DNA of 64,000 bases from Cytophagales bacterium (GCA_033765235.1 JANRIG010000036.1:139558-203557); one strand, 5' to 3'; counted from the stretch's first letter, positions 28,707 to 39,313 are shown. Numbers and translations: made by a program. Notes: generated from the sequence alone by a model not told the origin.

Positions 28707-28741
28707 ATATATCGACTAATAAGTATATTCAATCGATAAAA
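28707..28741 (-). promoter_or_regulatory. Putative LytTR operator 2 (direct repeat, 21-bp period)
   Basis: Minus strand TTTTATCGA-N17-TCGATATAT, 37 nt upstream of the kinase ATG. Confidence 0.5.
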
Positions 28742-28799
28742 GTACTTTAGCCAACAAAAATTATACAGAATATATATTCAACTTTTTTGCATTCAATTA

Positions 28800-29219
28800 T
28801 TACTTGAGCTTAGTCACAGCCATGGTAGGGTGCTCAGGGTTCACCATAAGTTCTTGCTTGAGAGGCAGCCATATCACATCCATGTCTTCCATGGGTATGG
28901 CACCTAACAAAATTTCATTATCACCGGGTAGCACCATAGCACGACAAGTGGTAGATCTGTTTTTGAATTTTACCTCCACAGGTCCTACCACATCACATTT
29001 AATGCGTACTCCATTTGCCAATTCGGCAAATTTTTGCTCTATCACTGGCAGTTGCAAATATTCCTGCACCCCTTCATTTATTGCCAGCATATAGCTGCCC
29101 GAGTCTACTAAGGCATTGACCCTTATACTTCTGATATCTTCCGGTGAAATAAAATTTCTTCTCGCCAAGCCAATGTCCTCAGAGTTTACAAGTTCTATTT
29201 CTGCATATGTAAGTCCCAT
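28800..29219 (-). CDS. Clan AA (retropepsin-like) aspartic protease, single domain
   Basis: MGLTYAEIEL start, ALVDSGS catalytic motif, ILLGAIPMEDMD; own TACTTTTG -7 element at 29236-29243. Confidence 0.85.
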   Translation of the reverse strand: MGLTYAEIELVNSEDIGLARRNFISPEDIRSIRVNALVDSGSYMLAINEGVQEYLQLPVIEQKFAELANGVRIKCDVVGPVEVKFKNRSTTCRAMVLPGDNEILLGAIPMEDMDVIWLPLKQELMVNPEHPTMAVTKLK

Positions 29220-29297
29220 GTTTGTATTTTTTTTACAAAAGTAATAATAAACGAAACCAATGCTCTACATATTACTGTACTAAGATAGATATGATTA

Positions 29298-32200
29298 TTA
29301 CTCCTTCACAAACCTTAGCACGGTGGCGCCTGCTTTCAATATATATATGCCTGACGGCAAATGATTGATATCAATTTCATTCTTGCCTGTCACTATGTTT
29401 TGTGATATTACCCTCATGCCATACACATTTACGATACTTACCTCACCTGCAAAGACGGGGCTGTATACATTCAATATCTTACCGGCAGGGTTAGGGTATA
29501 TACTCAAAGGCATTGTACTGCTGTAGTTTATACCGGTCACAGAGCCACTCACCGTCACTATTTCAAATACTATGCTCACATCAGGAGCAGCATTGTAGTT
29601 GGCATCTCCTGCCTGCATGGCAGTCACCGTTACCACACCTGCACTCAATAGTGTAAGTATATTGCCATTGACAGACACAGGACCCAATATACTGTAAGAC
29701 ACCAACAATCCTGATGTAGCCATGCCTGTAAGGGTGTATGTATTCGTGGCTCCTGTAAGGATAATAGTAGGTATTGGGTTCATACCTGTAATGGTTTGGT
29801 CTTGCTTAACCACGGCTAATACCGATACCACTACAGACGCAGTATTAGCACACAAATTTACATCTGTACCTGTCACTGTATAGGTTGTATTTACTGTAGG
29901 CGATACACTAATTACTGAGGTAATATCACCTGTACTCCAAGAGTAAGTGTTTGCACCTGATGCAGTAAGAGAAGCAGACGTGCCTGATGTAATAGTGGTA
30001 TTGCTCATTGCCATCACCATAGGCAGGCTGTTTACTGTAACAGTTACCATGTCTGTATCAGTGCAACCATTCATGTCAGTGCCTGTTACTGTATAGATAG
30101 AATTTGCAGGAGGAGTAATATTGATACCTGCCTGTGTAGCACCAGTGCTCCACATATACATATTTGCACCCGTAGCCGTCATTGAAGTAGAGGAGCCTTG
30201 GCATATTATTAAGTTAGGTGAATTAATAATTACAGTTGGCAACCCATTCACGGTAACCATACTCATAGCCATGCCCACACAGCCTTGTGCTGAAGTGCCT
30301 AATATGGTGTAGGTGGTATTGTTAGTAGGGGATACCGTAAAGCTGCCTCCGCTAATGCTGTAAGTAATTGCCCCTGAGGTAGTAATGGTAGTGCTTTTAC
30401 CACTGCAAATAGTATTATTTGAAGCCGTAATAGTTGGTAACCCATTGACAGTGACAATACTCATAGCCATGCTCACGCAGCCTTGTGCAGAAGTGCCTGA
30501 TATAGTATAGGTAGTATTGGCTGCAGGTGATACCGTAAAGCTGCCGCCGCTTATGCTGTAAGTGCTTGCCCCTGACGTAGTAATGGTAGCACTTTGACCA
30601 CTGCAAATAACATAATTTGAGGTATTGATAACAGGAAGTGAATTTACTGTAAGGGTCCGCCATGCCATACTCGTACACCCGTTCATGTCAGTGCCTGATA
30701 CAGAATATGTAGTAGTGATTGATGGGCTTACCATTACATTGCTACCCATGAGCGTGGTCGGATGCCATGTGTATAATGTGGCACCTGTAGCGGATAATAC
30801 AGCCATATTGCCAATACATATTTGTGAATTACCCCCAATATTTATCGTAGGTAAACTTAATACCGTGACATTTATTATCCCCAGTCCATTACACCCTTGG
30901 TCGGTAAGCCCTGTAACGGTGTAGCTGGTATTTACCAATGGGTTTACATTAGTGCCTGCAGTGGTAGCACCGGTATTCCATAAATAAGAAACGGCCCCTG
31001 TAGCTGTGAGGTTTGTGCCTGACAACGAGCATATTGCATCATTACCCCAAATATCTATGGGCACTATGCTATTCATAGTCACTGTTACTAACTCAGTAGC
31101 GGTACAACCATATATATCAGTACCTGTCACAGTGTATATGCCTGCCAAAGTGGAGGGAATATTTATTCCTGCGGTAGTAGCACCAGTGCTCCACATGTAC
31201 ATATTGGCACCTATGGCAGTAAGGCGTGCTTCTGTGCCTGCACATATTACACTATTGCCCGTTATATCTAAAGTAGATCCTCCTACGGTCACGCCCACCC
31301 AGCGTGGCATAAAGTTACAACCTTGTGCATCAGTGCCTGTAAGGGTATAAACAGTATTTATCATAGGCATGATGTTTACATTATTACCTGCCAATGAGCC
31401 CGGCATCCAAATGTAAGTGTTGCCTCCCATTCCTGTGAGTGTAGCAGATTGACCCGCGCATATAGGATTTGGTGTAGCCATGGCCGTGATGGTTGTATTT
31501 GAAAAAGGCACTTTGATAACCTGCGGCAATGTACTCATTTGCAAACCGCAAGAATAGCCTAACCTGCCTTGCACCCAATCAGTGGCTGGTGTCATGTTGA
31601 TTAGGTTATGAGGGATGCCAGTTACACCGTTTCTTACAAAACTTCCTAATCCTTCATTGAGAGGGAAATATCCTGCTAAGTTAGGCTCGTTGCCATTATA
31701 AGTTCTATTCATATTTTTAATAATGTCTGTTGTAGAGCGAGCTACATTCCAGTATCTTACCTCATCTATTTGACCGCCAAAAAAGAAGTTTCCAGTCGCA
31801 TCTTCAGTAACTCCGGCACCTATTCTAAAAGGTCTTGAAGAATTGGGCGCAAAACCTACAGTAGATACGCCTACAACACTGCCGTTTATCATAAATGTCA
31901 CGTTGCCTGCGCCATCCCTGGTGGCAGCTAAGTGAGTCCAAGAGTTTGCAATGGCCTGTGAACCATTAATTACTGTCCAATTGCCACCAGTATCGCCATA
32001 CCAAAATTGCAATTCACCACTTGGAGTTACATAAAAAATATAACCTTGCAGCGGCGAGCCGTTGCGGCTCGTTAGGGGTGATTGGAATGAACCAGAAGCA
32101 GGATTATTTACTTTCATCCAAAGCTCTACCGTAAATTGTGAGGTGTTGAGAGCCGAGGAATAGGGTACATCTATTTTGTCATTGCTGCCATCAAAGTCAA

Positions 32201-35200
32201 GGGCTTTGTCAGTTTTATCTGCCAATACATTATAAGTCATGGTTGAGGTGATAGAGTATAGATTTATTTCTGCCGGGCCGGCTGCCATTAGTGTAGGACC
32301 AAATATGGTGGAGTTATCCATGTGGTTGCGCACAGTGTAGCGCGCATTGAACTCTGTGCCTACTAATGTAATAGATGCTGATGTGCCGCAAATGCTTGAT
32401 ACAGGAGGTATAATGGCTTGATTAGCTATGGTAACTACATCTATTGGTATTCTTCGGTGTGCTACGCACCCATTCGTGTTGAAACCTGCCAAAGTATATT
32501 CTGTAAACATTGTTGGTGATACTGTAAGCGTATTGCCACTGATACTGCCCGGATACCACAAATAGGTGGTTGCTCCCATACCTGACAGTGTAGCAGACTC
32601 ACCGCTACATACTACCCATTTATTGGTCATACCTGAGAGTGTTACATTGCTTACAATCAAGTTAGTACCTGTAGATGTGACAGATGATGAGGCGTTGTAA
32701 ACAATGGCATACCATGTGCCTGCATTGGTAACATCTGCCATGAGTGGAAAACTAAGTCCCGTGGTTGTGGTATATAAGGTGCCGTTTCTATACCATCTCG
32801 CCCATGTGGATGTACCTGCCACCGTAACAGAGAGAGTAACAGGTGCTCCTGAGCATACTGTAACAGAAGGGGATATGCCTATGAAAGTCAGCGGAGCAAA
32901 GTTGAGGCCACCTGAAATGGTAACAGGTGATGATACAAAATTAGAAGTGCTCCCGTTGAGTGCAAATCCTGAGAAAGTGCCTGATTTAGCATTGCCTGAG
33001 CGGTCTATCACTATAGATTGTGAAGCATTATTGCCACCTGCAATACCTTGGTCAAAGTCATAGTACAATCTCATACCTAAGAGGCTTGTGATGGGTTTGC
33101 GGTTGATATTGGCTTGTATATCAGTGCCTGAAAGTGCAGTGCTCCAAACTTGCAACTCATCTACTAATCCATTCATAAACAACTCTCCAGCATTGCCCGA
33201 TGTTTCATATCTGGCACCTATGCGCATATTGAGAGAGTTGGTATGGTTTATGACCGATGTAGTATTGTATGAGTCCACTTGTACGCCATTGATATACATT
33301 TTGTGCATTGTGCCTTGGCGCGTGACAGCTATATGATGCCAAGTGCCGGCAGATATTGGCATTTTGAGCTCATAATCAGTGGTATAAAGGCTTACTCCAC
33401 TACTGTTGTCTTGCATGAGGAAAATGAGGTTGCCGTTTTCAACAGCAAACCTAAATTGATTTGAACTCACCCCTGACCTCTCTTGTGATACAATCAAGTA
33501 GCTTCCGGTGCCTGTATAATTTACCCAAGCTTGTATGGTAAAGTCTTGTGTACCCCAGTTCATTGGGGTTGTTTCCACAAAATCATTATTGCCATCAAAA
33601 GCCAGTGCATTTTGGCAACCTGTATTTATACTGATACCTGCAGAAGTAACAGGATTAAGACCTGCCAATGCAAGCCTGTAAACGCCTGCCATGGATGATA
33701 CTCCCATTATATTTAACCCTAATAAAGTGGCACCCTGCACAGCTACGCCGTCTTTGTACCATTGCACACCCAAATATGAACCTGTCACAGTAGGCATAAT
33801 CAAGTGTGACGTGAGTGTGCATATATTGAGAACAGTAGGTAATCCGCTGATGGTAGGTATAGTGAATATGGCATCACCGCTTATGCTTATTCCTGAGGGT
33901 ACATAGTTGGAGTTGGTGCCTGTAAGTGCAAAGCCCAATAATGTGGCATTATTGCCATTGGGAGAGTAGTCGTATGCAATATTAAGTCCTGTGTTAGTGC
34001 CGTTTGGTGTACCTTCGTTAAATTTAATATATTGTACCAAGCCGGGAGTAGTGGTTGGAATATTTCTATACCTGTTTGTGTTAATATCATTTTGAGTAAG
34101 TGCCATATCCCATATTCTGAATTCATCAATGATAATGTTTGAAGACTGAGCATCTGATGCCCAGTTGCTACGACCAATAAAGTTGCTGGTACGGTTAAGG
34201 CCAAGTACGACTACGGGAGTAGTGGCCGTGCCTGTGAGCGAGCCGTTTATATACAAATACATTTGGTTGCCATTGAGTACTCCTGCCACATGCGACCAAG
34301 TATTGAGCGGTAGTGCAGAAGATGATACCAATTCAGTAGCATTAGAATTATCTCTAACACTGAATACAGGTAGTCCTGATGTGGCTTGTGTGTTTGCCAA
34401 CAAAATATTATTATTTGACTCCCCTAATGCATAGTCCATGATGCGCCCCCAGCTGGAATGTGCGCGTGGATATACCCAAGCCTCTACGGTGAAAGTATTA
34501 TCTTTGAAATAGATACCGTTTGGTGACCTTAGGTAGTCATTGGTGCCATCGAGTGCCAATCCTTGATTGCAAAATATTGATACATTGATCCCCGACGAAG
34601 TGACACTGCCACTGCTATTGCTTGCTATTAATTGGTAAATACCTGAGGTAGCAGTAGTAAGTGTAAATGAGTAACCCAAAGTAGTAGCCCCTGCAATACT
34701 AGTGCCATTTTTGAGCCATTGGAGTGTACCAGGGGTACCCAAAATGGTGCATGTGAGTGATACAGGACTTGACTCACACAATTGTTGGGCAGGAGTAGTG
34801 CCTGTTATTGTTAATGGTGCGAATGAATAAGTGCCTGTAATTGATAAGGTTGAATGAACATAATTAGAAGCAGATCCGGTGAGTGAAAATCCTGTTAGAG
34901 TGCCTGTTCTGTTATTGATGGATTTATCAATCAAAATATTGAGAGAAGCATTATTGCCACCTGCAATACCTTGGTCAAAATCATAATATGCAATTAGACC
35001 TATCTCATTGCCTATTAGTTTTTTATATCTGTTATTTGCAATATCTAATCCATATATTGCCCTATCCCAAATTTTTACTTCATCAATTCTGCCGTCAAAA
35101 TATTCTGAAAAATTAGTTAAACCTATAAATGCATTTTCAAGCGTGCCATTACGCGGTGAAGGGTTGTCAAAACCTGCCAAAGTACCATTTACAAATATTC

Positions 35201-37895
35201 TTCTTGTATTGCCATCGTAGGTAGCAGCTACATGAGCCCAGCTGCCTGCCAAAGATGGAGTACTTACATTCAGATCAGCACCCCACCAGTAATTAATAAT
35301 GCCGTTAGGAGAATTAGTTAACCTCAAGGCATTTACCTGGTTAGTTACTCCAAAGTTGCCATATCCTATAATACCTCGGGTAGCCATTGCATCTGTGTTA
35401 ATCCAAGCTTCAAGCGTGTAAGGTTTGTTGCCATCAGGCAGACCTGTAGCATTGAGCCACACAGCATCATTATTCCCGTCAAAGTCTAATGCATTGTTGC
35501 AAGGCACATATACTGCAATGCCCGTTGAGGTTACACGCGCACAACCATTGTCTACGGTACATCTATAGTTACCTCCGGACAAGGAGTTTAATAAATCTAC
35601 ATTAAAGCCTGACAAGGTAGCTCCCATAATGATGTTGCCGTCCTTGTACCACTGATAAGCAAATGGCATAGTACCGGTAGCTGTGACAGTAATGACTACT
35701 CCTGCAAGGGTAGTACAAGCAGATACATTCGCAGAAACTCCTGTGACAGAGGGAGGAATAATGCGAGCACCTGATATGCTCAAAGGTGAGGTAGAGAAAT
35801 TGGACCCTACGGCACTCATGGCAAAGTTATTAATAGTGCTGTGAAGCGCATTGGTACTGCGGTCAAGTATCTGAGTGATAGAAGTATTGTTGCCTGCAGC
35901 TATGCCTTGGTCAAAGTCATAGTAGGCTAATAAACCTGTTTCATTTCCTATAAGTTTGGTATAAAGGTTACATGCAACTTCGTTTTGAGAAAGTGGGCGT
36001 GTCCAGAAGCGTACTTCGTCAATATCGCCATTGAAAAATTCGCCTGAATGGCTGGAACCAATGTGCCATGAAGAGGATGCCGTGATGGGATTTGGGGTGG
36101 TACTTGTATTGAGAGGCGTAGTATTACCATTGAGATATGCGCGCCATTGGCCACTTGTACGTGTGAGTGCTATATGGTGCCATACTCCTGAGGTTACGGT
36201 AGTAATGGGTGCTACAATAATACCACCTAATATTAAATTTATTTGTAAAGTGCCTGAAGGAATAAATAAAGAGTAGCCTTGTGAGCCGCTGTTACCATTA
36301 TTCAAAATAAACTGGTTGTTGCCTGAAGTGTTATTTACCTTAAACCATGCTTCCATGGTGATATTATCAAGCTGTGTGGTGAGTGCAGCAGTTCTTGATA
36401 CAAAGTCATTAATACCGTCAAATTTAAGGGAATGATTGCACCCTACTGCCACATTGGCCACTCCTGACACAGACATGCCGCAAGTACCCATTACTGTGAC
36501 CATATATGCCCCTGCAGTAGAGCTATTGATGCCAGCTGTGGTAGCACCATTGCTCCACATATACATGAGACCTGTGCCAGTGGCAGATACGCTAAGCATA
36601 GCCATGCTACCACCACATACAGTTTGACTCATTGGCTGAGATACAATTACGGGGAAGTTGCAAGCAGGCACTGAAAGGTTTTGAAATACCCATGCTGCTC
36701 CCATGAAACTATTATCTACATTTCCTCCCAATATTATCCTTCTGCCATCGGGTGATATGGCGGTGGAAAAACCTGCTTGAACCAAGCCCGCTACGTAGTC
36801 TGAAGGCACTATTTTATTGGTGGCAACTTGTGCAAAACTGCTGCCCGTATTAGTAAATATGAATCCTGCACCTACGCGAGCATTGTCAAACCAGCCTCCG
36901 GCTACGAGCGTGCTGCCATCATTAGAGAGTTTGAGTGAGCGACCTAATCTTGAACCTGAGGCTCCTGATACTGTAGTGATAATTTGAGTTTGTACATAAG
37001 TATTGCCTGCCAAATTAAAAAACCATAACGCACCTTCGTTGCCGTTGTCTCTATGGCCACCGAGTATGATGGTTTGGCCGTTGTCAGAAATGTCAAGACC
37101 TTGACCTACTTGCGGAGTGCCTGTGAAACCTGACACAGTGAGCTTGGGGCCCATTTGTCCATATGTAGAGCCATTGAAAGTAAATACCCATGCTGCACCT
37201 ATGCCGGCATTGTCTTGATATCCTCCTGTGAGTATGCGCTCTCCATTATTGGCAATAGCTATGTGTGTACCCATGCGTGAGCCGCCTCCATTGTCAGCGG
37301 GTACGAGTTTTTGTACAAATTGCGGATTGGTACCTATCATGGTAAATACATAAAGAGCACCTACGGCACCATTATCGCCCGGGGAGCCAAATACTATGCA
37401 TTTGCCATTGCCTGATATGGCTACACTCTCACCCAATGAACCTGGACCAATAAAACCTGCTATTGAAGTCATTTTGGTGCCTAATTGTACAAAATTGACT
37501 CCATTGAATGTAAAAATCCACGCTGCACCGTTGCCGGCATTTTCCTGAGGGCCGCCAATTACAGCAGTTTTAGCATCGTCAGATATGCTTACAGATGTGC
37601 CGAATTGTGCATTGGCACTGGCATCGTTGGAGGTTAATTTATTTCCATATTGAATATAGTTGGTACCATTAAAACTATATACCCATACAGAGCCTAAAGT
37701 AGTGGTGATATTATCTGTAGCACCACCTACCAAAAGTACATTTTGGTTTGCTGATAATGCCACAGACCAGCCCTGACGCGGGTCAGTGCTACCTGAGCCT
37801 GTGCCGACAAGTTTTGTGCCACTTTGTGTCCATTGGGCAAGTGATAAAGTGATTGATAATATGAATGTTAGGGTTGAAGTATAAATTTTTTTCAT
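29298..37895 (-). CDS. 2865-aa T9SS type A-secreted surface protein: FG-GAP-like beta-propeller, five LamG-like domains, multiple Ig-like repeats, CTD
   Basis: Signal SLA-Q; repeated (F/Q)GxSV(A/S)(L/I)SxxG blades; five (A/S)LxFDGxND...W.HVA...G.IDE(V/F)R.W modules; TYTVTGTDxxGC repeats; C-terminal SIYPNPA...IDINHLPSGIYIL...RFVKE. Confidence 0.92.
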   Translation of the reverse strand: MKKIYTSTLTFILSITLSLAQWTQSGTKLVGTGSGSTDPRQGWSVALSANQNVLLVGGATDNITTTLGSVWVYSFNGTNYIQYGNKLTSNDASANAQFGTSVSISDDAKTAVIGGPQENAGNGAAWIFTFNGVNFVQLGTKMTSIAGFIGPGSLGESVAISGNGKCIVFGSPGDNGAVGALYVFTMIGTNPQFVQKLVPADNGGGSRMGTHIAIANNGERILTGGYQDNAGIGAAWVFTFNGSTYGQMGPKLTVSGFTGTPQVGQGLDISDNGQTIILGGHRDNGNEGALWFFNLAGNTYVQTQIITTVSGASGSRLGRSLKLSNDGSTLVAGGWFDNARVGAGFIFTNTGSSFAQVATNKIVPSDYVAGLVQAGFSTAISPDGRRIILGGNVDNSFMGAAWVFQNLSVPACNFPVIVSQPMSQTVCGGSMAMLSVSATGTGLMYMWSNGATTAGINSSTAGAYMVTVMGTCGMSVSGVANVAVGCNHSLKFDGINDFVSRTAALTTQLDNITMEAWFKVNNTSGNNQFILNNGNSGSQGYSLFIPSGTLQINLILGGIIVAPITTVTSGVWHHIALTRTSGQWRAYLNGNTTPLNTSTTPNPITASSSWHIGSSHSGEFFNGDIDEVRFWTRPLSQNEVACNLYTKLIGNETGLLAYYDFDQGIAAGNNTSITQILDRSTNALHSTINNFAMSAVGSNFSTSPLSISGARIIPPSVTGVSANVSACTTLAGVVITVTATGTMPFAYQWYKDGNIIMGATLSGFNVDLLNSLSGGNYRCTVDNGCARVTSTGIAVYVPCNNALDFDGNNDAVWLNATGLPDGNKPYTLEAWINTDAMATRGIIGYGNFGVTNQVNALRLTNSPNGIINYWWGADLNVSTPSLAGSWAHVAATYDGNTRRIFVNGTLAGFDNPSPRNGTLENAFIGLTNFSEYFDGRIDEVKIWDRAIYGLDIANNRYKKLIGNEIGLIAYYDFDQGIAGGNNASLNILIDKSINNRTGTLTGFSLTGSASNYVHSTLSITGTYSFAPLTITGTTPAQQLCESSPVSLTCTILGTPGTLQWLKNGTSIAGATTLGYSFTLTTATSGIYQLIASNSSGSVTSSGINVSIFCNQGLALDGTNDYLRSPNGIYFKDNTFTVEAWVYPRAHSSWGRIMDYALGESNNNILLANTQATSGLPVFSVRDNSNATELVSSSALPLNTWSHVAGVLNGNQMYLYINGSLTGTATTPVVVLGLNRTSNFIGRSNWASDAQSSNIIIDEFRIWDMALTQNDINTNRYRNIPTTTPGLVQYIKFNEGTPNGTNTGLNIAYDYSPNGNNATLLGFALTGTNSNYVPSGISISGDAIFTIPTISGLPTVLNICTLTSHLIMPTVTGSYLGVQWYKDGVAVQGATLLGLNIMGVSSMAGVYRLALAGLNPVTSAGISINTGCQNALAFDGNNDFVETTPMNWGTQDFTIQAWVNYTGTGSYLIVSQERSGVSSNQFRFAVENGNLIFLMQDNSSGVSLYTTDYELKMPISAGTWHHIAVTRQGTMHKMYINGVQVDSYNTTSVINHTNSLNMRIGARYETSGNAGELFMNGLVDELQVWSTALSGTDIQANINRKPITSLLGMRLYYDFDQGIAGGNNASQSIVIDRSGNAKSGTFSGFALNGSTSNFVSSPVTISGGLNFAPLTFIGISPSVTVCSGAPVTLSVTVAGTSTWARWYRNGTLYTTTTGLSFPLMADVTNAGTWYAIVYNASSSVTSTGTNLIVSNVTLSGMTNKWVVCSGESATLSGMGATTYLWYPGSISGNTLTVSPTMFTEYTLAGFNTNGCVAHRRIPIDVVTIANQAIIPPVSSICGTSASITLVGTEFNARYTVRNHMDNSTIFGPTLMAAGPAEINLYSITSTMTYNVLADKTDKALDFDGSNDKIDVPYSSALNTSQFTVELWMKVNNPASGSFQSPLTSRNGSPLQGYIFYVTPSGELQFWYGDTGGNWTVINGSQAIANSWTHLAATRDGAGNVTFMINGSVVGVSTVGFAPNSSRPFRIGAGVTEDATGNFFFGGQIDEVRYWNVARSTTDIIKNMNRTYNGNEPNLAGYFPLNEGLGSFVRNGVTGIPHNLINMTPATDWVQGRLGYSCGLQMSTLPQVIKVPFSNTTITAMATPNPICAGQSATLTGMGGNTYIWMPGSLAGNNVNIMPMINTVYTLTGTDAQGCNFMPRWVGVTVGGSTLDITGNSVICAGTEARLTAIGANMYMWSTGATTAGINIPSTLAGIYTVTGTDIYGCTATELVTVTMNSIVPIDIWGNDAICSLSGTNLTATGAVSYLWNTGATTAGTNVNPLVNTSYTVTGLTDQGCNGLGIINVTVLSLPTINIGGNSQICIGNMAVLSATGATLYTWHPTTLMGSNVMVSPSITTTYSVSGTDMNGCTSMAWRTLTVNSLPVINTSNYVICSGQSATITTSGASTYSISGGSFTVSPAANTTYTISGTSAQGCVSMAMSIVTVNGLPTITASNNTICSGKSTTITTSGAITYSISGGSFTVSPTNNTTYTILGTSAQGCVGMAMSMVTVNGLPTVIINSPNLIICQGSSTSMTATGANMYMWSTGATQAGINITPPANSIYTVTGTDMNGCTDTDMVTVTVNSLPMVMAMSNTTITSGTSASLTASGANTYSWSTGDITSVISVSPTVNTTYTVTGTDVNLCANTASVVVSVLAVVKQDQTITGMNPIPTIILTGATNTYTLTGMATSGLLVSYSILGPVSVNGNILTLLSAGVVTVTAMQAGDANYNAAPDVSIVFEIVTVSGSVTGINYSSTMPLSIYPNPAGKILNVYSPVFAGEVSIVNVYGMRVISQNIVTGKNEIDINHLPSGIYILKAGATVLRFVKE
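30243..30638 (-). repeat. Two tandem 198-bp (66-aa) intragenic repeats
   Basis: Units start at 30243 and 30441 with long shared blocks (atactcatagccatgc, cagccttgtgc, gataccgtaaagctgcc, gtagtaatggtag, ccactgcaaata). Confidence 0.88.
33022..33056. repeat. 35-bp exact repeat shared by two LamG modules (second copy 34945-34979)
   Basis: gaagcattattgccacctgcaataccttggtcaaa occurs at both sites and encodes FDQGIAGGNNAS. Confidence 0.9.
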
Positions 37896-38167
37896 AATTT
37901 GAGGATTTATATAAAAAAGAATAATTATTAATAGTTAATAATAATTGGGGTATTTCAATTACAATTTTAAGCATAAATACATTAAAGTATGTTATGTTAT
38001 TGTTAAATTATTTGAAATAATTATTCTACTACTAAGTGTAGTTGTTATTAATAATAACAGCCAATTATATATTTTATAGTCTTAATTTTGGGAAAATGTA
38101 TTATTATTAATCAGTTAATGTGGTCACTATATAATATTATTTTATCCAAATACCTACATACCCATAC

Positions 38168-38194
38168 TTGACATTTAAAAAAAATATATATTTG
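38168..38194 (+). promoter_or_regulatory. Sigma-A promoter for fbaB (TTG ... TATATTTG)
   Basis: TTG at 38168-38170 and TAnnTTTG at 38187-38194, 34 nt before the ATG. Confidence 0.62.
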
Positions 38195-38228
38195 TCCCGT
38201 TGTACATTATTCATCTAATAACTATCCT

Positions 38229-39290
38229 ATGTCCGAAATTGACAAAATTGCCTCCCTTCTTGGTAAAGAAGCAGATTCACTACTGAACCATGTGTGCAAA
38301 ACCATACCCAAAGAAACTATCAGAAAACCTACTCCAAACTATGTAGAGGAGAGTTTTTTTAAATCAAATCGTAACAATCAGACATTGCGCAGCTTGCAAA
38401 CATTTTTTAGCAATGGCCGTCTCAAAGGCACACCTTATACTTCTATACTGCCTGTAGATCAAGGTATAGAGCATACGGCAGGTGCATCATTTGCCCCAAA
38501 TCCTATGTATTTCAACCCTGAAAATATCATAAAACTTGGTATAGAAGGTGGTTGCAGCGTAGTATGTTCTACCTTTGGTGTATTGGCTTTGCATTCGCGC
38601 AAGTATGCGCACAAAGTGCCATTTATGGTAAAGATTAATCACAATGAGTTGATGACATATCCTAATAAAACTGACCAAATCATGTATGGTACAGTGAGAG
38701 AAGCATGGAACTTGGGAGCAGTAGCCATAGGAGCTACCGTATATTTTGGGGCAGCAGAAAGCAACAGACAGCTTATGGAGGTGGCAGAAGCATTTGAGCA
38801 GGCACACGAGTTGGGGATGGCCACAGTGCTATGGTGCTATACCCGCAACAACGGTTTTAAAAAAGATGGTGTAGATTATCATAACTCTACTGACATAAGC
38901 AGCCAAGCTACACATTTGGGGGTGACCATACAAGCAGACCTTATCAAGCAAAAAATGCCCGAGCTCAATGGGGGTATGAAAGCTATAGGATTTGCCAAAT
39001 ATCATGAAAAAATGTACACAGAGCTCTCATCTGACCACCCAATTGACCTTTGCAGGTATATGGTGCTCAACTGCTATGCAGGGCAAATAGGACTGATAAA
39101 TTCAGGAGGAGAATCAAAAGGTGCTGCTGACTTGGCAGATGCTGTGCGCACTGCAGTGATAAATAAAAGAGCCGGAGGTCTTGGGCTCATACTTGGTCGC
39201 AAAGCATTTCAAAAACCTTTCAAAGAAGGTGTGGACCTACTAAAGGCTATTCAAGACGTATATCTTGACAAAAAAATAACATTGGCATAG
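38229..39290 (+). CDS. fbaB: Class I fructose-bisphosphate aldolase (DhnA/FbaB type)
   Basis: [38 protein letters not shown] (Schiff-base Lys), [12 protein letters not shown]. Confidence 0.95.
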   Translation: MSEIDKIASLLGKEADSLLNHVCKTIPKETIRKPTPNYVEESFFKSNRNNQTLRSLQTFFSNGRLKGTPYTSILPVDQGIEHTAGASFAPNPMYFNPENIIKLGIEGGCSVVCSTFGVLALHSRKYAHKVPFMVKINHNELMTYPNKTDQIMYGTVREAWNLGAVAIGATVYFGAAESNRQLMEVAEAFEQAHELGMATVLWCYTRNNGFKKDGVDYHNSTDISSQATHLGVTIQADLIKQKMPELNGGMKAIGFAKYHEKMYTELSSDHPIDLCRYMVLNCYAGQIGLINSGGESKGAADLADAVRTAVINKRAGGLGLILGRKAFQKPFKEGVDLLKAIQDVYLDKKITLA

Positions 39291-39313
39291 TGCTTGTTTA
39301 TTAATTCATAGTC

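Noticed and set aside
29800-31500. CRISPR-like or VNTR array in the repeat region of the giant gene
   Set aside because: The repeats are degenerate, in-frame protein-domain repeats without constant repeat/unique spacer structure; no cas genes.
38103-38117. ATTATTAATCARTTA shared with 53937-53951 as a regulatory motif
   Set aside because: Almost entirely A/T, and both copies are in very AT-rich intergenic DNA; a chance match cannot be excluded without statistics.
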